Source: Deltaproteobacteria bacterium | GTDB taxonomy: Bacteria; SAR324; NAC60-12 | Assembly (NCBI GenBank): GCA_038150265.1 | Contig: JAYOTF010000043.1 | Coordinates: 1-25,190, forward strand | Length of the DNA stretch: 25,190 nt | Direction of reading: 5' to 3' | Shown here: positions 1 through 11,083 of the stretch, piece after piece | How the letters are laid out: every line of letters begins with the position of its first letter | How positions within the stretch are numbered: the stretch's first letter is position 1 | Notes under the pieces: generated by a model | The model's input: only the letters and a program-made list of their open reading frames with translations | What the model was told of the DNA's origin: nothing | The model's database searches: none | Program-made: the position numbers and the translations under genes

Positions 1-1752
<1,752 letters not shown>

Positions 1753-1902
1753 CAGACATGCCAGTTCTCCCTGGTGGCGGTTGAGTGAGGTGGGATGTCA
1801 GTACTTATGAATGCGGGCAGGGGCGGGAAGGGTCAAGAAAAAAATGGCCTTGGTACCAAGGTAAAAAACCCTCTTTTTGTCCACTCGGGAAAGTGTCCGG
1901 TA

Positions 1903-1931
1903 AAGATACTCTTGGAAAATCAGGGCGTCAA
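1903..1931 (-). promoter_or_regulatory. Putative sigma70 promoter for the multi-PAS gene
   Basis: Minus strand TTGACG (1931-1926), 17-nt spacer, TATCTT (1908-1903), in an AT-rich intergenic region. Confidence 0.6.
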
Positions 1932-2014
1932 GAGAAAATAAAGTTTTTGGGAAATGTCCCAATGAATTTTGGGTGCAGCTGAGGAAGTGGCAAATTTCGG
2001 GAAGGGGGAGGGCG

Positions 2015-2036
2015 CCCCACCGGTGCTCAGGTGGGG
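2015..2036 (-). terminator. Hairpin just downstream of folD (possible weak terminator)
   Basis: CCCCACC-N8-GGTGGGG inverted repeat 10 nt past the folD stop; no clean U-tract. Confidence 0.3.
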
Positions 2037-2046
2037 ACGTGAGGGG

Positions 2047-2979
2047 TCAGGCGTCTGGAGGCAGGACGGCGCGGGAGTCGAAGATGGACTGATAGTGCGC
2101 CCGTTGCTTTTCGACAGCGACCAGGGCATTGCGCATGAGGATGGAAACGGTGACGGGTCCGACGCCTCCCGGAACCGGAGTGACCCAGCCGGCCACCTGA
2201 CGGACGGCGTCAAAGTCCACGTCCCCAACCGTCCGGGGCCTTCCGGAGTCATCCAGCACCTGATTGATGCCAATGTCAATCACGGCAGCGCCCGGCTTCA
2301 CCATGTCTGCGGTCAGCAACCGGGGTTTGCCCACGGCAACAAAGATGGCATCTGCGGCCCGCGAATGAACCGCCAGGTTGCGCGTCATGTGGTGGCAAAC
2401 GGTCACGGTGGCTCCTTCGGCCAGCAGCAGAAAGGCGATGGGCTTGCCGACAATTTCGGAGTGCCCAATGACCACGGCGTTCAGGCCTTCCAGCTGCAGG
2501 TTGGTTTGGCGGAGCAGCTCAACGGAGGCGGTGGCGGTACACGGCGCCAGCTCCACATCGCGGTAGACGATGTTTCCGATGGACGCCGGGTGCATGCCTT
2601 CAACGTCCTTGAGCGGGTGAATGGCCGACTGAAGCTCCCGGATGTTGAGGTGCTCCGGAACGGGGCGCTGCAGGATGATGCCGGTCACCCGAGGGTCGCC
2701 GTTGAGGCTCCGGAGGGCGCCCACCAGCTCGGCGCGGGAGACGTCTTCCGGAAAGGTGCGCTGCTCAAAGGCGATCCCGACCTTCTCCGCGGTCCGTTGC
2801 TGGTTCCGGACGTAGAGGGCGGCGTCTGCAACCGCGCCCACGGTGAGGGACACCAGCTTCACGGGCCATCCCTGCTCGGCAAACCAGGTGGCTTGCTTCC
2901 GGACCTCCTCCAAAATGCCCTCGGCAGTGGGCTTCCCATACAGGACGTTGTAATCCGAATTTTCAGGTGCGTGTGTCAT
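2047..2979 (-). CDS. folD: FolD-family methylenetetrahydrofolate dehydrogenase (atypical active-site motifs)
   Basis: Motifs 'GIILQRP', 'KDVEG', 'PCTA', 'VVIGHSEIVGKP', 'VIDIGIN', 'GDVDF', 'TPVPGGVGPVT'. Confidence 0.93.
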   Translation of the reverse strand: MTHAPENSDYNVLYGKPTAEGILEEVRKQATWFAEQGWPVKLVSLTVGAVADAALYVRNQQRTAEKVGIAFEQRTFPEDVSRAELVGALRSLNGDPRVTGIILQRPVPEHLNIRELQSAIHPLKDVEGMHPASIGNIVYRDVELAPCTATASVELLRQTNLQLEGLNAVVIGHSEIVGKPIAFLLLAEGATVTVCHHMTRNLAVHSRAADAIFVAVGKPRLLTADMVKPGAAVIDIGINQVLDDSGRPRTVGDVDFDAVRQVAGWVTPVPGGVGPVTVSILMRNALVAVEKQRAHYQSIFDSRAVLPPDA

Positions 2980-3078
2980 GAGTCCCGGCAGTCAGTGAGG
3001 TCAGGGCGGAGGCAAAAGCATCCAGTGTGGACGAATGGCGGCAAAGCTCAAGACCCGCCCGCTGGAGGATGCCGCAGC

Positions 3079-3106
3079 TTGCCGTTTTCCGGAAAACCGC
3101 TAGCGT
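3079..3106 (+). promoter_or_regulatory. Putative promoter of the aminotransferase, with a 14-bp palindrome in the spacer
   Basis: TTGCCG-N16-TAGCGT; the perfect palindrome GTTTTCCGGAAAAC lies at 3084-3097. Confidence 0.35.
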
Positions 3107-3154
3107 AGCAGCGTTGACATTCCTCATGCTTCCTCCCGCCACAGGAGGCATCAA

Positions 3155-4540
3155 TTGGCTCTCTCAGGAAACCTCATGGACCAGCACCGCACCTCCGATT
3201 GGCAGGCGCTTGACGCGCAGCACTTCATGCACCCCTTCACGGACACCCGAGACCTGGGGCAAAAGGGAACTCGGGTGATCACGCGGGCGGAAGGGGTTTA
3301 CCTCTGGGACTCCGAAGGCCAGCAGGTCATTGACGGCATGGCGGGGCTCTGGTGCGTCAACGTGGGGTACGGGCGCGAAGAGTTGGCGAAGGCGGCGTAT
3401 GAGCAGATGCAGGCCCTGCCGTATTACAACAGCTTCTTCCAGTGCACGCACCCGCCTGCCATTGAGCTGTCGGCCAAACTCACGGCGCTGAGCCCGGAGT
3501 CCTTCAATCACGTCTTCTACGTCAACTCGGGCTCAGAAGCCAATGACACGGTGCTCCGGATGGTCCGGCACTACTGGAAGCTGTTGGGGAAGCCCGAGAA
3601 GCGGGTGGTGATCAGCCGCATCAATGGCTACCACGGCAGCACCGTCGCAGGCGCCAGCCTCGGAGGCCAGAAGTTCATTCATGAAGTGGATGACCTGCCG
3701 ATTCCGGACATTGTGCACATTGAGCAGCCCTACTGGTATGAAAACGGGGGCACGCTCTCTCCGGAAGAGTATGGCCTCCGGGCGGCTCAGGAGCTGGAGA
3801 AGAAGATCCTGGAGCTGGGCGTGGACCGGGTGGCGGCGTTCATCGGAGAGCCGATTCAGGGCGCCGGAGGAGTGATTGTGCCTCCGGACACCTACTGGCC
3901 CGAGATTCAGCGCATCTGTGACGCCTACGGCATCCTCCTCATTGCTGATGAGGTCATCTGTGGCTTTGGGCGGACGGGGTACTGGTTTGGTTCCGAATAC
4001 TATGGCATCCGCCCCGACCTGATGCCCATTGCCAAGGGGCTTTCTTCAGGCTACCTCCCGATTGGCGGGGTGCTCGTTGGCGATCGTGTGGCGGAGGTCA
4101 TCATTGAAAAGGGGAAGGAGTTTGCCCACGGGTTCACCTACTCCGGACACCCGGCCTCCTGCATGGTGGCCCTGCGGAACCTCGAAATCCTGGAGCGCGA
4201 AGGGCTGGTGGAGAAGGTCCGGAACGAGACAGGACCGTACCTGAAGGAGCTCTGGAGCCAGTTTGCCGACCACCCGCTGGTGGGAGAGGTCCGGAACGTC
4301 GGCCTGCTCGGGGCGCTGGAGCTGGTGGACGACAAAGCTGAGCGTCGCTTCTTTGAGCAACGCGGGAAGGCGGGGACGCGCTGCCGCGACCTGTGTGTGC
4401 AGAATGGACTCGTGATGCGGGCCGTGCAGGACACGATGATCCTCTCACCGCCCTTGATTGTCGAGAAGCACCACCTCGATGAGATCTATGAAAAGGCGCT
4501 CAAAACCTTGAACCAACTGGCTGAGGAGCTGGGACGCTGA
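3155..4540 (+). CDS. Class III PLP aminotransferase, SpuC-like (putrescine/omega-amine:pyruvate transaminase)
   Basis: 'HPFTD', 'DGMAGLWCVNVGYGR', 'SGSEAND', 'GYHGST', 'EPIQGAGG', 'DEVICGFGRTG', PLP lysine in 'AKGLSSGY', 'HGFTYSGHP'. TTG start with AGGAGG 6 nt upstream; alternative ATG at 3176. Confidence 0.92.
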   Translation: MALSGNLMDQHRTSDWQALDAQHFMHPFTDTRDLGQKGTRVITRAEGVYLWDSEGQQVIDGMAGLWCVNVGYGREELAKAAYEQMQALPYYNSFFQCTHPPAIELSAKLTALSPESFNHVFYVNSGSEANDTVLRMVRHYWKLLGKPEKRVVISRINGYHGSTVAGASLGGQKFIHEVDDLPIPDIVHIEQPYWYENGGTLSPEEYGLRAAQELEKKILELGVDRVAAFIGEPIQGAGGVIVPPDTYWPEIQRICDAYGILLIADEVICGFGRTGYWFGSEYYGIRPDLMPIAKGLSSGYLPIGGVLVGDRVAEVIIEKGKEFAHGFTYSGHPASCMVALRNLEILEREGLVEKVRNETGPYLKELWSQFADHPLVGEVRNVGLLGALELVDDKAERRFFEQRGKAGTRCRDLCVQNGLVMRAVQDTMILSPPLIVEKHHLDEIYEKALKTLNQLAEELGR

Positions 4541-4574
4541 TCCCGGATGCAGCCCGAATGACCATGGGAGAATC

Positions 4575-5321
4575 ATGACCAAGCTTGCGGTGGTCACAGG
4601 AGCCGGGACCGGAATTGGACGGGCCCTGGCCAAGGAACTTGTATCGAAAGATTTCACGGTGGTGGCCATGGGGCGTCGCTCCGAGCCCCTGGAGGCGCTC
4701 AAGGCCGAGCATCCGGACGCGGTGGAACCCGTGGCAGCGGATGTCGCAACGGCTGCGGGGCATCAGCGTCTGCTGGAGGCGCTGGCCGGCCGGCCGGTGG
4801 AGGCGCTGGTCCACAATGCCGCGGTTCTGACACCCAACGGCATGCTGGAGCAGGTGCCTCGGGAGGCCTTCCGGGAGCACCTGGCGATCAACCTGGAGGG
4901 GCCGCTTTACCTGACCCTGGCCCTGCTGCCTTCCCTGCCGTCGGGTGCCCGGGTGCTGCAGGTCTCTTCCGGAGCCGCTCACCGTGCGATCTCCGGGTGG
5001 GGCGCGTACTGCGTTTCAAAAGCCGCTTTTCATCAGCTGTATCAGGTGCTTCGGGAGGAGCTGGCTCCCAGGGGCGTTGCGGTGGGCAGCGTCCGGCCCG
5101 GAGTGGTGGACACGCCCATGCAGGCGCACATCCGGAGCCTGAGCGCCGAGGACTTTCCCAATGTGGCCATGTTTCGGGAGATGAAGGAGTCGGGACAGCT
5201 GACGACTCCGGAAGAAGCGGGGCGGTTTTTGGGGTGGTTGCTGGTGGAGACGGACGCCGAGTTCTTCAGCGCCCGGGAGTATGACATCCGGGAACCCGAA
5301 CTGCGCGAGCTCTGGCTCTAG
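4575..5321 (+). CDS. Short-chain dehydrogenase/reductase, sepiapterin/benzil reductase-like
   Basis: 'TGAGTGIG' Rossmann motif, 'HNAA', 'SSGAA', catalytic 'YCVSK', 'PGVVDTPMQ'; GGGAG RBS. Confidence 0.9.
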   Translation: MTKLAVVTGAGTGIGRALAKELVSKDFTVVAMGRRSEPLEALKAEHPDAVEPVAADVATAAGHQRLLEALAGRPVEALVHNAAVLTPNGMLEQVPREAFREHLAINLEGPLYLTLALLPSLPSGARVLQVSSGAAHRAISGWGAYCVSKAAFHQLYQVLREELAPRGVAVGSVRPGVVDTPMQAHIRSLSAEDFPNVAMFREMKESGQLTTPEEAGRFLGWLLVETDAEFFSAREYDIREPELRELWL

Positions 5322-5515
5322 GCCCAAGAGCCGCTGCTGTCCTGGTTCAGGGCCTCCCAGATGGCCTGACACCAGCGCTCCCCTTCCTCCGGATCCTCAA
5401 GGGACGGGAGCACCTCGGTCTCCAGAAAGGCCTGCACGGCATCGCCTCCTGCCGTCAGCTCCAACTCCCGCGCCCGGGACAGCGCGGTGAGGAAATCAGG
5501 CGTGCTGGCCGTCAC
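5318..5515 (-). CDS. Small acidic hypothetical protein (about 65 aa)
   Basis: GTG at 5515 overlaps the CDGSH-gene TGA (GTGA coupling). Its TAG overlaps the SDR TAG (CTAG), so it fills the gap exactly. Confidence 0.55.
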   Translation of the reverse strand: MTASTPDFLTALSRARELELTAGGDAVQAFLETEVLPSLEDPEEGERWCQAIWEALNQDSSGSWA

Positions 5516-5697
5516 AGCGTCGTGCAGTTGCGGTGGCTGCCATCGCAGAAGGGCTTCTTGTTGGAGAGGCCACAGCGACACAACGCCACCGAGCCCTCGC
5601 GCTTCTCCTCGGTCCCATCTTCATGGACAACGGTTGCTCCACCCTTGATGAGTAACGGCCCCTTGGAGGCCACTTGAATCTTCAGTTCCTGTTCCAT
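5512..5697 (-). CDS. CDGSH iron-sulfur (2Fe-2S) domain protein
   Basis: 'ALCRCGLSNKKPFCDGSH' signature preceded by 'GPLLIKG'; GAGGAG upstream of the ATG. Confidence 0.93.
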   Translation of the reverse strand: MEQELKIQVASKGPLLIKGGATVVHEDGTEEKREGSVALCRCGLSNKKPFCDGSHRNCTTL

Positions 5698-5837
5698 ACC
5701 GACTTCTCCTCGGAAATTTGGGGTAACAATAATGGATAAATCAGGGGGAATCCCTGCCTACTAGGCTATTTCTGATCCATCAGTTTGCAAGCCCTTTGCT
5801 GGACAAATCTCGTTACAATTTCCTATATGCGAAATAA

Positions 5838-5866
5838 TTGACAACGTATTGGTAAATTGAGACGAT
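5838..5866 (+). promoter_or_regulatory. Putative promoter for the sigma factor gene
   Basis: TTGACA (5838-5843), 17-nt spacer, GACGAT with a TG extended -10, in an AT-rich region. Confidence 0.4.
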
Positions 5867-5891
5867 CTTAAGAAACAAATTTGAGGTCGTC

Positions 5892-7571
5892 ATGGATACA
5901 CGAACAGAACTCTCACAAGAAGAAGAAATGTCGTCAGATTGGTCCGAGCTCCCCGGAAAAAAGGGGGCCCCGCCAGAGGAGCTGGTCGAGAGCGACGAGT
6001 TGATCATGTCGGATCTGGAGGAGGTTGAAGAAGACGCTCCGGCATCGATTGACGAGGAAGAGTTAACGGACACCCGCCGTTCAACGATGGTCTATGACTA
6101 TCCGAACGATGACCCCGTTCAGGTGTACCTGCGTGAGATGGGTCGGCACAAGTTGTTGACCCGGGAGCAGGAGTACGAAATTGCTCAGGAAATTGAGGAA
6201 GGCAGCCACGATTTGCTGTACGTCTTTGCTCAATCGGAGCTGGTGCTGGGGCACCTCGTGCAGCTCTCCCAACGCATCCGCAACGGCAAGGCCCGGGCGC
6301 TCGGGCTCATTGCCGGCATGGATGACAAGGAAAACCTGATTGAAGACGAAGAAACCGCCGCCGAGCTGCTGCTGGGGCACCTGGAGTCTGTTGAGGAACG
6401 GTATGAGATCCTCAAGGAGGCGCACCGGGGTCAGCAGCCGCAAGAGGTGCTGGAGCAGATCTATGAAGAGAACTATCAGGTGCTGAGCAAGATCTCCTTC
6501 AGCTCCCGGCAGTTTGATTCGATGTGCCAGCTCCTCATTGAGCACCGGCGCAAGATCTTCCAGACCCAGCAGCGAGTGGCACGGCTGACCCAACAGGTGG
6601 GGGTGCCCCTCGAGGAGCTGGAGAACCTGCTGGACCGGCATCAGCGGTTCCAGGTCCGGACTCAGCGGAAGATTGAGAAGCAGGTGGAGGAAATGACGAG
6701 CCTGCCCTTTACGCATGCCCGTCGACTGGCCGAGCGCATTCAGCTCTACAGCCGCCACATCGTCAGCCTCCTCAGCAAGACGGGCCGGACCCTGGAGAAC
6801 TTCCAGGACCTCGTCAAGCGCATGGAAAGCGCCGAGCAGCGCGTCAAGCAAGCCAAGACGCGGCTCATCAACGCGAACCTGCGCCTGGTGGTCAGCATTG
6901 CCAAGAAGCACACCAACCGGGGCCTCCAGTTCCTGGACCTCATCCAGGAAGGCAACCTGGGGCTGATGCGGGCGGTGGACAAGTTTGAGTACCGTCGGGG
7001 CTACAAGTTCTCGACCTATGCCACGTGGTGGATCCGTCAGTCCATCACCCGCGCCATCATCGACCAGGCCCGGACCATCCGGATCCCGGTGCACATGATT
7101 GAGACCATCAACAAGCTCCACCACACGTCCCGGGCCCTGGTTCAGGAGTATGGACGAGAGCCCTCCATTGAAGAGCTCGAGGCGCACCTCAAGCAACCGC
7201 TCGACAAGATCCGCGACACGTTGCGGGTGGCGCGGGACCCGGTTTCGCTGGACATGCCCATTGGCGATGATGAAGACACCCACCTCCGGGACTTCATTGC
7301 CGACCAGAACGCGATGGATCCTGACGAAAAGGCGTCTCGCAAGAGCCTGGAGTCCATGCTCCGGGGCGTGCTGGACACGCTCGGCGAGCGGGAGTCTCGG
7401 GTGGTGAAGATGCGGTTTGGCATTGACGAACAAAAAGAGTACACGCTCGAGGAAATCGGGCTGCATTTTGATGTGACCCGTGAGCGCATCCGGCAGATTG
7501 AAGCGAAGGCGTTGCGACGCCTCCGTCATCCGTCTCGGAGCATTCCGCTGGAGCCGTTTCATGAGGTCTGA
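5892..7571 (+). CDS. RpoD/SigA-family RNA polymerase sigma70 factor (possibly a paralogue lacking region 1.1)
   Basis: Region 1.2 '[11 protein letters not shown]', a long non-conserved region, region 2 '[46 protein letters not shown]', region 3 '[15 protein letters not shown]', region 4 '[26 protein letters not shown]'. Confidence 0.95.
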   Translation: MDTRTELSQEEEMSSDWSELPGKKGAPPEELVESDELIMSDLEEVEEDAPASIDEEELTDTRRSTMVYDYPNDDPVQVYLREMGRHKLLTREQEYEIAQEIEEGSHDLLYVFAQSELVLGHLVQLSQRIRNGKARALGLIAGMDDKENLIEDEETAAELLLGHLESVEERYEILKEAHRGQQPQEVLEQIYEENYQVLSKISFSSRQFDSMCQLLIEHRRKIFQTQQRVARLTQQVGVPLEELENLLDRHQRFQVRTQRKIEKQVEEMTSLPFTHARRLAERIQLYSRHIVSLLSKTGRTLENFQDLVKRMESAEQRVKQAKTRLINANLRLVVSIAKKHTNRGLQFLDLIQEGNLGLMRAVDKFEYRRGYKFSTYATWWIRQSITRAIIDQARTIRIPVHMIETINKLHHTSRALVQEYGREPSIEELEAHLKQPLDKIRDTLRVARDPVSLDMPIGDDEDTHLRDFIADQNAMDPDEKASRKSLESMLRGVLDTLGERESRVVKMRFGIDEQKEYTLEEIGLHFDVTRERIRQIEAKALRRLRHPSRSIPLEPFHEV

Positions 7572-7595
7572 GTCCTGAGCATCCAACCCCCTCTC

Positions 7596-8576
7596 ATGAA
7601 CCTCCAAGCTCGCATTTCAACCCTTCAGCAGCACTTCCAACAGCACATCATCGGGCAGGCGAACCTCCAGGAACGCCTGCTCCTTGCCCTCCTTGCCGAT
7701 GGGCACCTGCTGGTGGAAGGCGCCCCCGGACTGGCCAAAACCCGGGCCATCAAGACCCTCGGGGACCTCATTGAAGGGGACTTCCACCGCATCCAGTTTA
7801 CCCCTGACCTGCTTCCGGCTGATGTCACCGGAACCGAGGTGTTTCGTCCTCAGGACGGCAGCTTCGCCTTCCAGCCGGGGCCCATCTTTCACAACCTGGT
7901 TCTGGCCGACGAAATCAACCGGGCGCCGGCAAAGGTGCAGTCCGCGTTGCTGGAGGCAATGGCGGAGCGTCAGGTGACGGTGGGGGGGAAGACGCGCCCG
8001 CTGCCCCGCCTCTTCCTGGTCATGGCCACCCAGAACCCGCTGGAGCAGGAAGGCACCTACCCGCTTCCGGAAGCTCAGCTGGACCGCTTCCTCATGCACG
8101 TGCTGGTGGAATTTCCCTCGCTTGAGGAGGAGCAGCTGATCCTCGCCCTCTCGCGTCGTGAGGCGCTCTCGGACACCGGCGCCGATGTCTCCAGCGCGTC
8201 CCCTCCGGAGGCCAGGTTGTCGCAGCAGGACCTCTTTGCCGCGCGGCAGGAGGCCCTGCAGGTTTACATGGCCTCCCCCCTGGAGCGGTACCTCGTGGAG
8301 CTGGTGGAAGCCACCCGGCATCCGGGACGTTACGGAGACGACCTGGCGGAGTGGATCGCCCTGGGCGTGAGCCCGCGTGCCACGATTGCCCTGGACCGCT
8401 GTGCCCGGGTCCGGGCCTGGCTGCGCGGCCGGGACTTTGTCTCTCCCGATGACCTTCAGGACCTGGCGCCTGATGTCCTCCGGCACCGACTGCTCCTCAG
8501 CTACGAAGCCGAGGCCGCTGGGGTGACCGCCCAGGATGTGGTGCTGCACCTGCTCAAGCGCGTTCCGTTACCCTGA
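7596..8576 (+). CDS. moxR: MoxR-family AAA+ ATPase
   Basis: Walker A 'GAPGLAKT', 'RIQFTPDLLPAD', Walker B 'LADEINRAPAKVQSALLEAM', 'ATQNPLEQEGTYPLPEAQLDRF'. Confidence 0.95.
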   Translation: MNLQARISTLQQHFQQHIIGQANLQERLLLALLADGHLLVEGAPGLAKTRAIKTLGDLIEGDFHRIQFTPDLLPADVTGTEVFRPQDGSFAFQPGPIFHNLVLADEINRAPAKVQSALLEAMAERQVTVGGKTRPLPRLFLVMATQNPLEQEGTYPLPEAQLDRFLMHVLVEFPSLEEEQLILALSRREALSDTGADVSSASPPEARLSQQDLFAARQEALQVYMASPLERYLVELVEATRHPGRYGDDLAEWIALGVSPRATIALDRCARVRAWLRGRDFVSPDDLQDLAPDVLRHRLLLSYEAEAAGVTAQDVVLHLLKRVPLP

Positions 8577-8579
8577 GCC

Positions 8580-9509
8580 ATGCCGGTTGCTTCCACGGAT
8601 CTGCCCTCCGGAGTTGCCCTGCAGCCGGGAGAACTGCTGGCGCTCTCTGGAACCCCCAAACGCTTTCCTCCTCCCCGACGCCGGCACCCGGCCCGCTCCG
8701 GACCCTACCTCTCGAAAATCCGTGGCCGGGGCATGGAGTTCGATGAAGCCCGCCCCTATCAGCCCGGAGACGATGTCCGCAGCATCGACTGGCGGGTCAC
8801 GGCCCGCAGCGGGAGGCTCCACACCAAGCTGTTTCATGAAGAGCTGGAACGTCCGGTGCTGGTCGTGGTGGATGGCGATGACAGCATGCGGTTTGGCACC
8901 CGGACGCGGCTGAAGTCCGTCCAGGCCTGCCGGTATGCCGCGCGTGTTGCCTGGAGTGCCCTCGCCCGGGGAGACCGGGTGGGAGCCGTGTTGGGCGGCC
9001 CCGATGGCCTGCTGGAGACCCGTCCACAGAGCCGGCGCCCCCACCTGCTCACGCTTTTGCAACGCATGGGCGATTGGCACAACCGCCTGCTGCAGGCTCC
9101 GGAATCCGCTCCCCGGACAACGGAGCATCCACTGCTGGAAGCCCTCCGCGTCACCCGACGGGTGGCGCCGACAGGGAGCCTGGTTTATGTGGTGAGCGAC
9201 TGGAAGGCTGCCGATGACGCCGTTTTGCAGACCCTTGGCACGCTCAAGCGGCACCACGAGCTGAGGGCCATCCGCATCTACGATGGCCTTGAGGAGCAGC
9301 TTCCGCATTCCGGAACCTACCCCGTCTGGTCTTCTGGAACACGCTCCGAGGTGGTGTGGCTGGATTGCAGCCAGGTGGACCTCCGGGAGCAGCATCAGCG
9401 CCGAGCCACGGCAGAGCGGATGCAGCTGGAGGAGGCCATGCGGCACTCCGGAGTTCCGCTGCTGTCGGTCCGGACGGATGAAGACGTTCAACACCTGCCG
9501 CTGCACTGA
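8580..9509 (+). CDS. DUF58 domain protein
   Basis: 'GRGMEFDEARPYQPGDDVRSIDWRVTAR' signature; directly after moxR. Confidence 0.92.
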   Translation: MPVASTDLPSGVALQPGELLALSGTPKRFPPPRRRHPARSGPYLSKIRGRGMEFDEARPYQPGDDVRSIDWRVTARSGRLHTKLFHEELERPVLVVVDGDDSMRFGTRTRLKSVQACRYAARVAWSALARGDRVGAVLGGPDGLLETRPQSRRPHLLTLLQRMGDWHNRLLQAPESAPRTTEHPLLEALRVTRRVAPTGSLVYVVSDWKAADDAVLQTLGTLKRHHELRAIRIYDGLEEQLPHSGTYPVWSSGTRSEVVWLDCSQVDLREQHQRRATAERMQLEEAMRHSGVPLLSVRTDEDVQHLPLH

Positions 9510-9512
9510 CTC

Positions 9513-10064
9513 ATGCCTCCGGATCCACTTGCTCAACTTCGAGAGGTGCACCTGCCGCCGCCGGTCGCGTTCTGGCCTCCGGCTCCGGGATGGTGGATCC
9601 TTGCCGGGCTGGGGCTGCTGCTGGGGGGGCTGCTGCTCCGGAGTGCCTGGCGCTGGTGGAAACGCGGAGCCCCCCGCCGTGCGGCTCTCGCTGAGCTGAA
9701 GGCGCTCTCCACCCAGAACCTGAGCGCACAGGAACAGCTGCAGGCGACGTCTCAGCTGCTCCGGCGTTTGGCCCGCCTTCAGGGAGCAGGCGCCGAGGCC
9801 CTCTCCGGAGCGGCGTGGCTGCAGTACCTGGATCAGCAGAGCCGAGGGAACCTCTTCACGCAGGGCCCCGGAAAGCGCTTGGCGGAAGAACCGTATCAGC
9901 GCACAGTCGATGAGCCCGTTGGGCCTGTCGTTGACGCGGCTCGTGCCTGGATCAAGGCCTGGACGCCCCGGCCCCGGGCACCCAAAGAGTCGGGAACCAC
10001 CGCCACCGGAGTGCTGCCGGCCACCGCCCGGACGCTTCCTCGTCCTGCAACGGAGGAGGCATGA
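9513..10064 (+). CDS. DUF4381-like single-pass membrane protein
   Basis: 'DPLAQLREVHLPPPVAFWPPAPGWW' followed by a TM helix; usual position in moxR/bat operons. Confidence 0.85.
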   Translation: MPPDPLAQLREVHLPPPVAFWPPAPGWWILAGLGLLLGGLLLRSAWRWWKRGAPRRAALAELKALSTQNLSAQEQLQATSQLLRRLARLQGAGAEALSGAAWLQYLDQQSRGNLFTQGPGKRLAEEPYQRTVDEPVGPVVDAARAWIKAWTPRPRAPKESGTTATGVLPATARTLPRPATEEA

Positions 10065-11083
10065 GCTGGGGCGATTCCTTCAGCATGGCGTGGCCGTGGG
10101 TGGCCCTGCTGTGGCCACTTCCGTGGTTCGTCCGCCGGTTTCTGTCCGGAACCTCTGAGCCGATTCAGGCGATCTCGGTTCCGTTTGGGGTGGAGGCCTC
10201 CGGAGGCAGCCCCGGGGGGCGCTGGCGTCGCCTGCGGGCTGGTGGGGCGTGGCTGTGCTGGACGCTGCTGGTGTTTGCCGGAACCCACCCCCTGTGGGCC
10301 GGAGACCCTGTGGAGGTGCCGCGGTCCGGACGGAACCTGATGCTGGCCGTGGACCTCTCGGGCAGCATGAAGGAGCAGGACCTGCAGCTCAGTGGCCATC
10401 CGGCGACGCGCCTCGCAGTGGTGAAGTCGGTCCTCAATCCCTTCATCGGGCGCCGGCAGGGCGACCGCCTGGGGCTCATTCTCTTTGGCGATGAAGCCTA
10501 CCTGCAGACGCCCCTGACCTTTGACCGCGCCACGGTTTCCCAGATGCTCCAGGAGGCCGTGATTGGGTTGGCCGGCGAGAGCACCGCCATTGGTTCGGCG
10601 ATTGGCCTCGCCGTCCGGCACCTGCGGGACCTCCCGGAAGCACAGCGGGTGCTGATCCTGCTGACCGATGGACAGAACACCGCGGGTGAGCTTTCACCAC
10701 AGGATGCCCTCAAGCTGGCGGTGGAGACGGGGGTCCGCATCCATGCCATTGGGGTGGGCGCCGATGAGATGCTGATCCGGACGCTGTTTGGCACCCGGAG
10801 GGTCAACCCTTCAGCCGAGCTGGATGAAGGCCTGCTGCGCTCCTTTGCCGAACAAACCGGCGGGCGCTACTTCCGGGCACGAGACACCCAGGAGCTGGAA
10901 TCCATCTATGAAGAGCTGGATCGCATTGAGCCCGTGGAGCAGAGCAAGGAAACCTACCGCCCGATCACGCCGCTCTTTCCGTGGCCGCTGGGAGCTGCGG
11001 TGGTCCTCAGTCTGCTGATGGCCCTTGGGCCGCCGGGTGCCAAATTCTGGAGCCGAATCCGGCCTTCCGGAGGAGCCACATGA
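10061..11083 (+). CDS. BatA-like VWA domain membrane protein
   Basis: MIDAS 'DLSGSM', 'GDRLGLILFG', 'TAIG', 'LLTDG'; N- and C-terminal hydrophobic helices; ATGA overlap with the upstream gene. Confidence 0.92.
   Translation: MSWGDSFSMAWPWVALLWPLPWFVRRFLSGTSEPIQAISVPFGVEASGGSPGGRWRRLRAGGAWLCWTLLVFAGTHPLWAGDPVEVPRSGRNLMLAVDLSGSMKEQDLQLSGHPATRLAVVKSVLNPFIGRRQGDRLGLILFGDEAYLQTPLTFDRATVSQMLQEAVIGLAGESTAIGSAIGLAVRHLRDLPEAQRVLILLTDGQNTAGELSPQDALKLAVETGVRIHAIGVGADEMLIRTLFGTRRVNPSAELDEGLLRSFAEQTGGRYFRARDTQELESIYEELDRIEPVEQSKETYRPITPLFPWPLGAAVVLSLLMALGPPGAKFWSRIRPSGGAT

Noticed and set aside
1969..3108. 379-aa plus-strand ORF
   Set aside because: Antisense shadow of folD.
2980..3154. Possible ZTP or THF riboswitch upstream of folD
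   Set aside because: Several short complementary segments exist, but I could not find the conserved cores I remember for either riboswitch on the minus strand. An Rfam scan would settle it.
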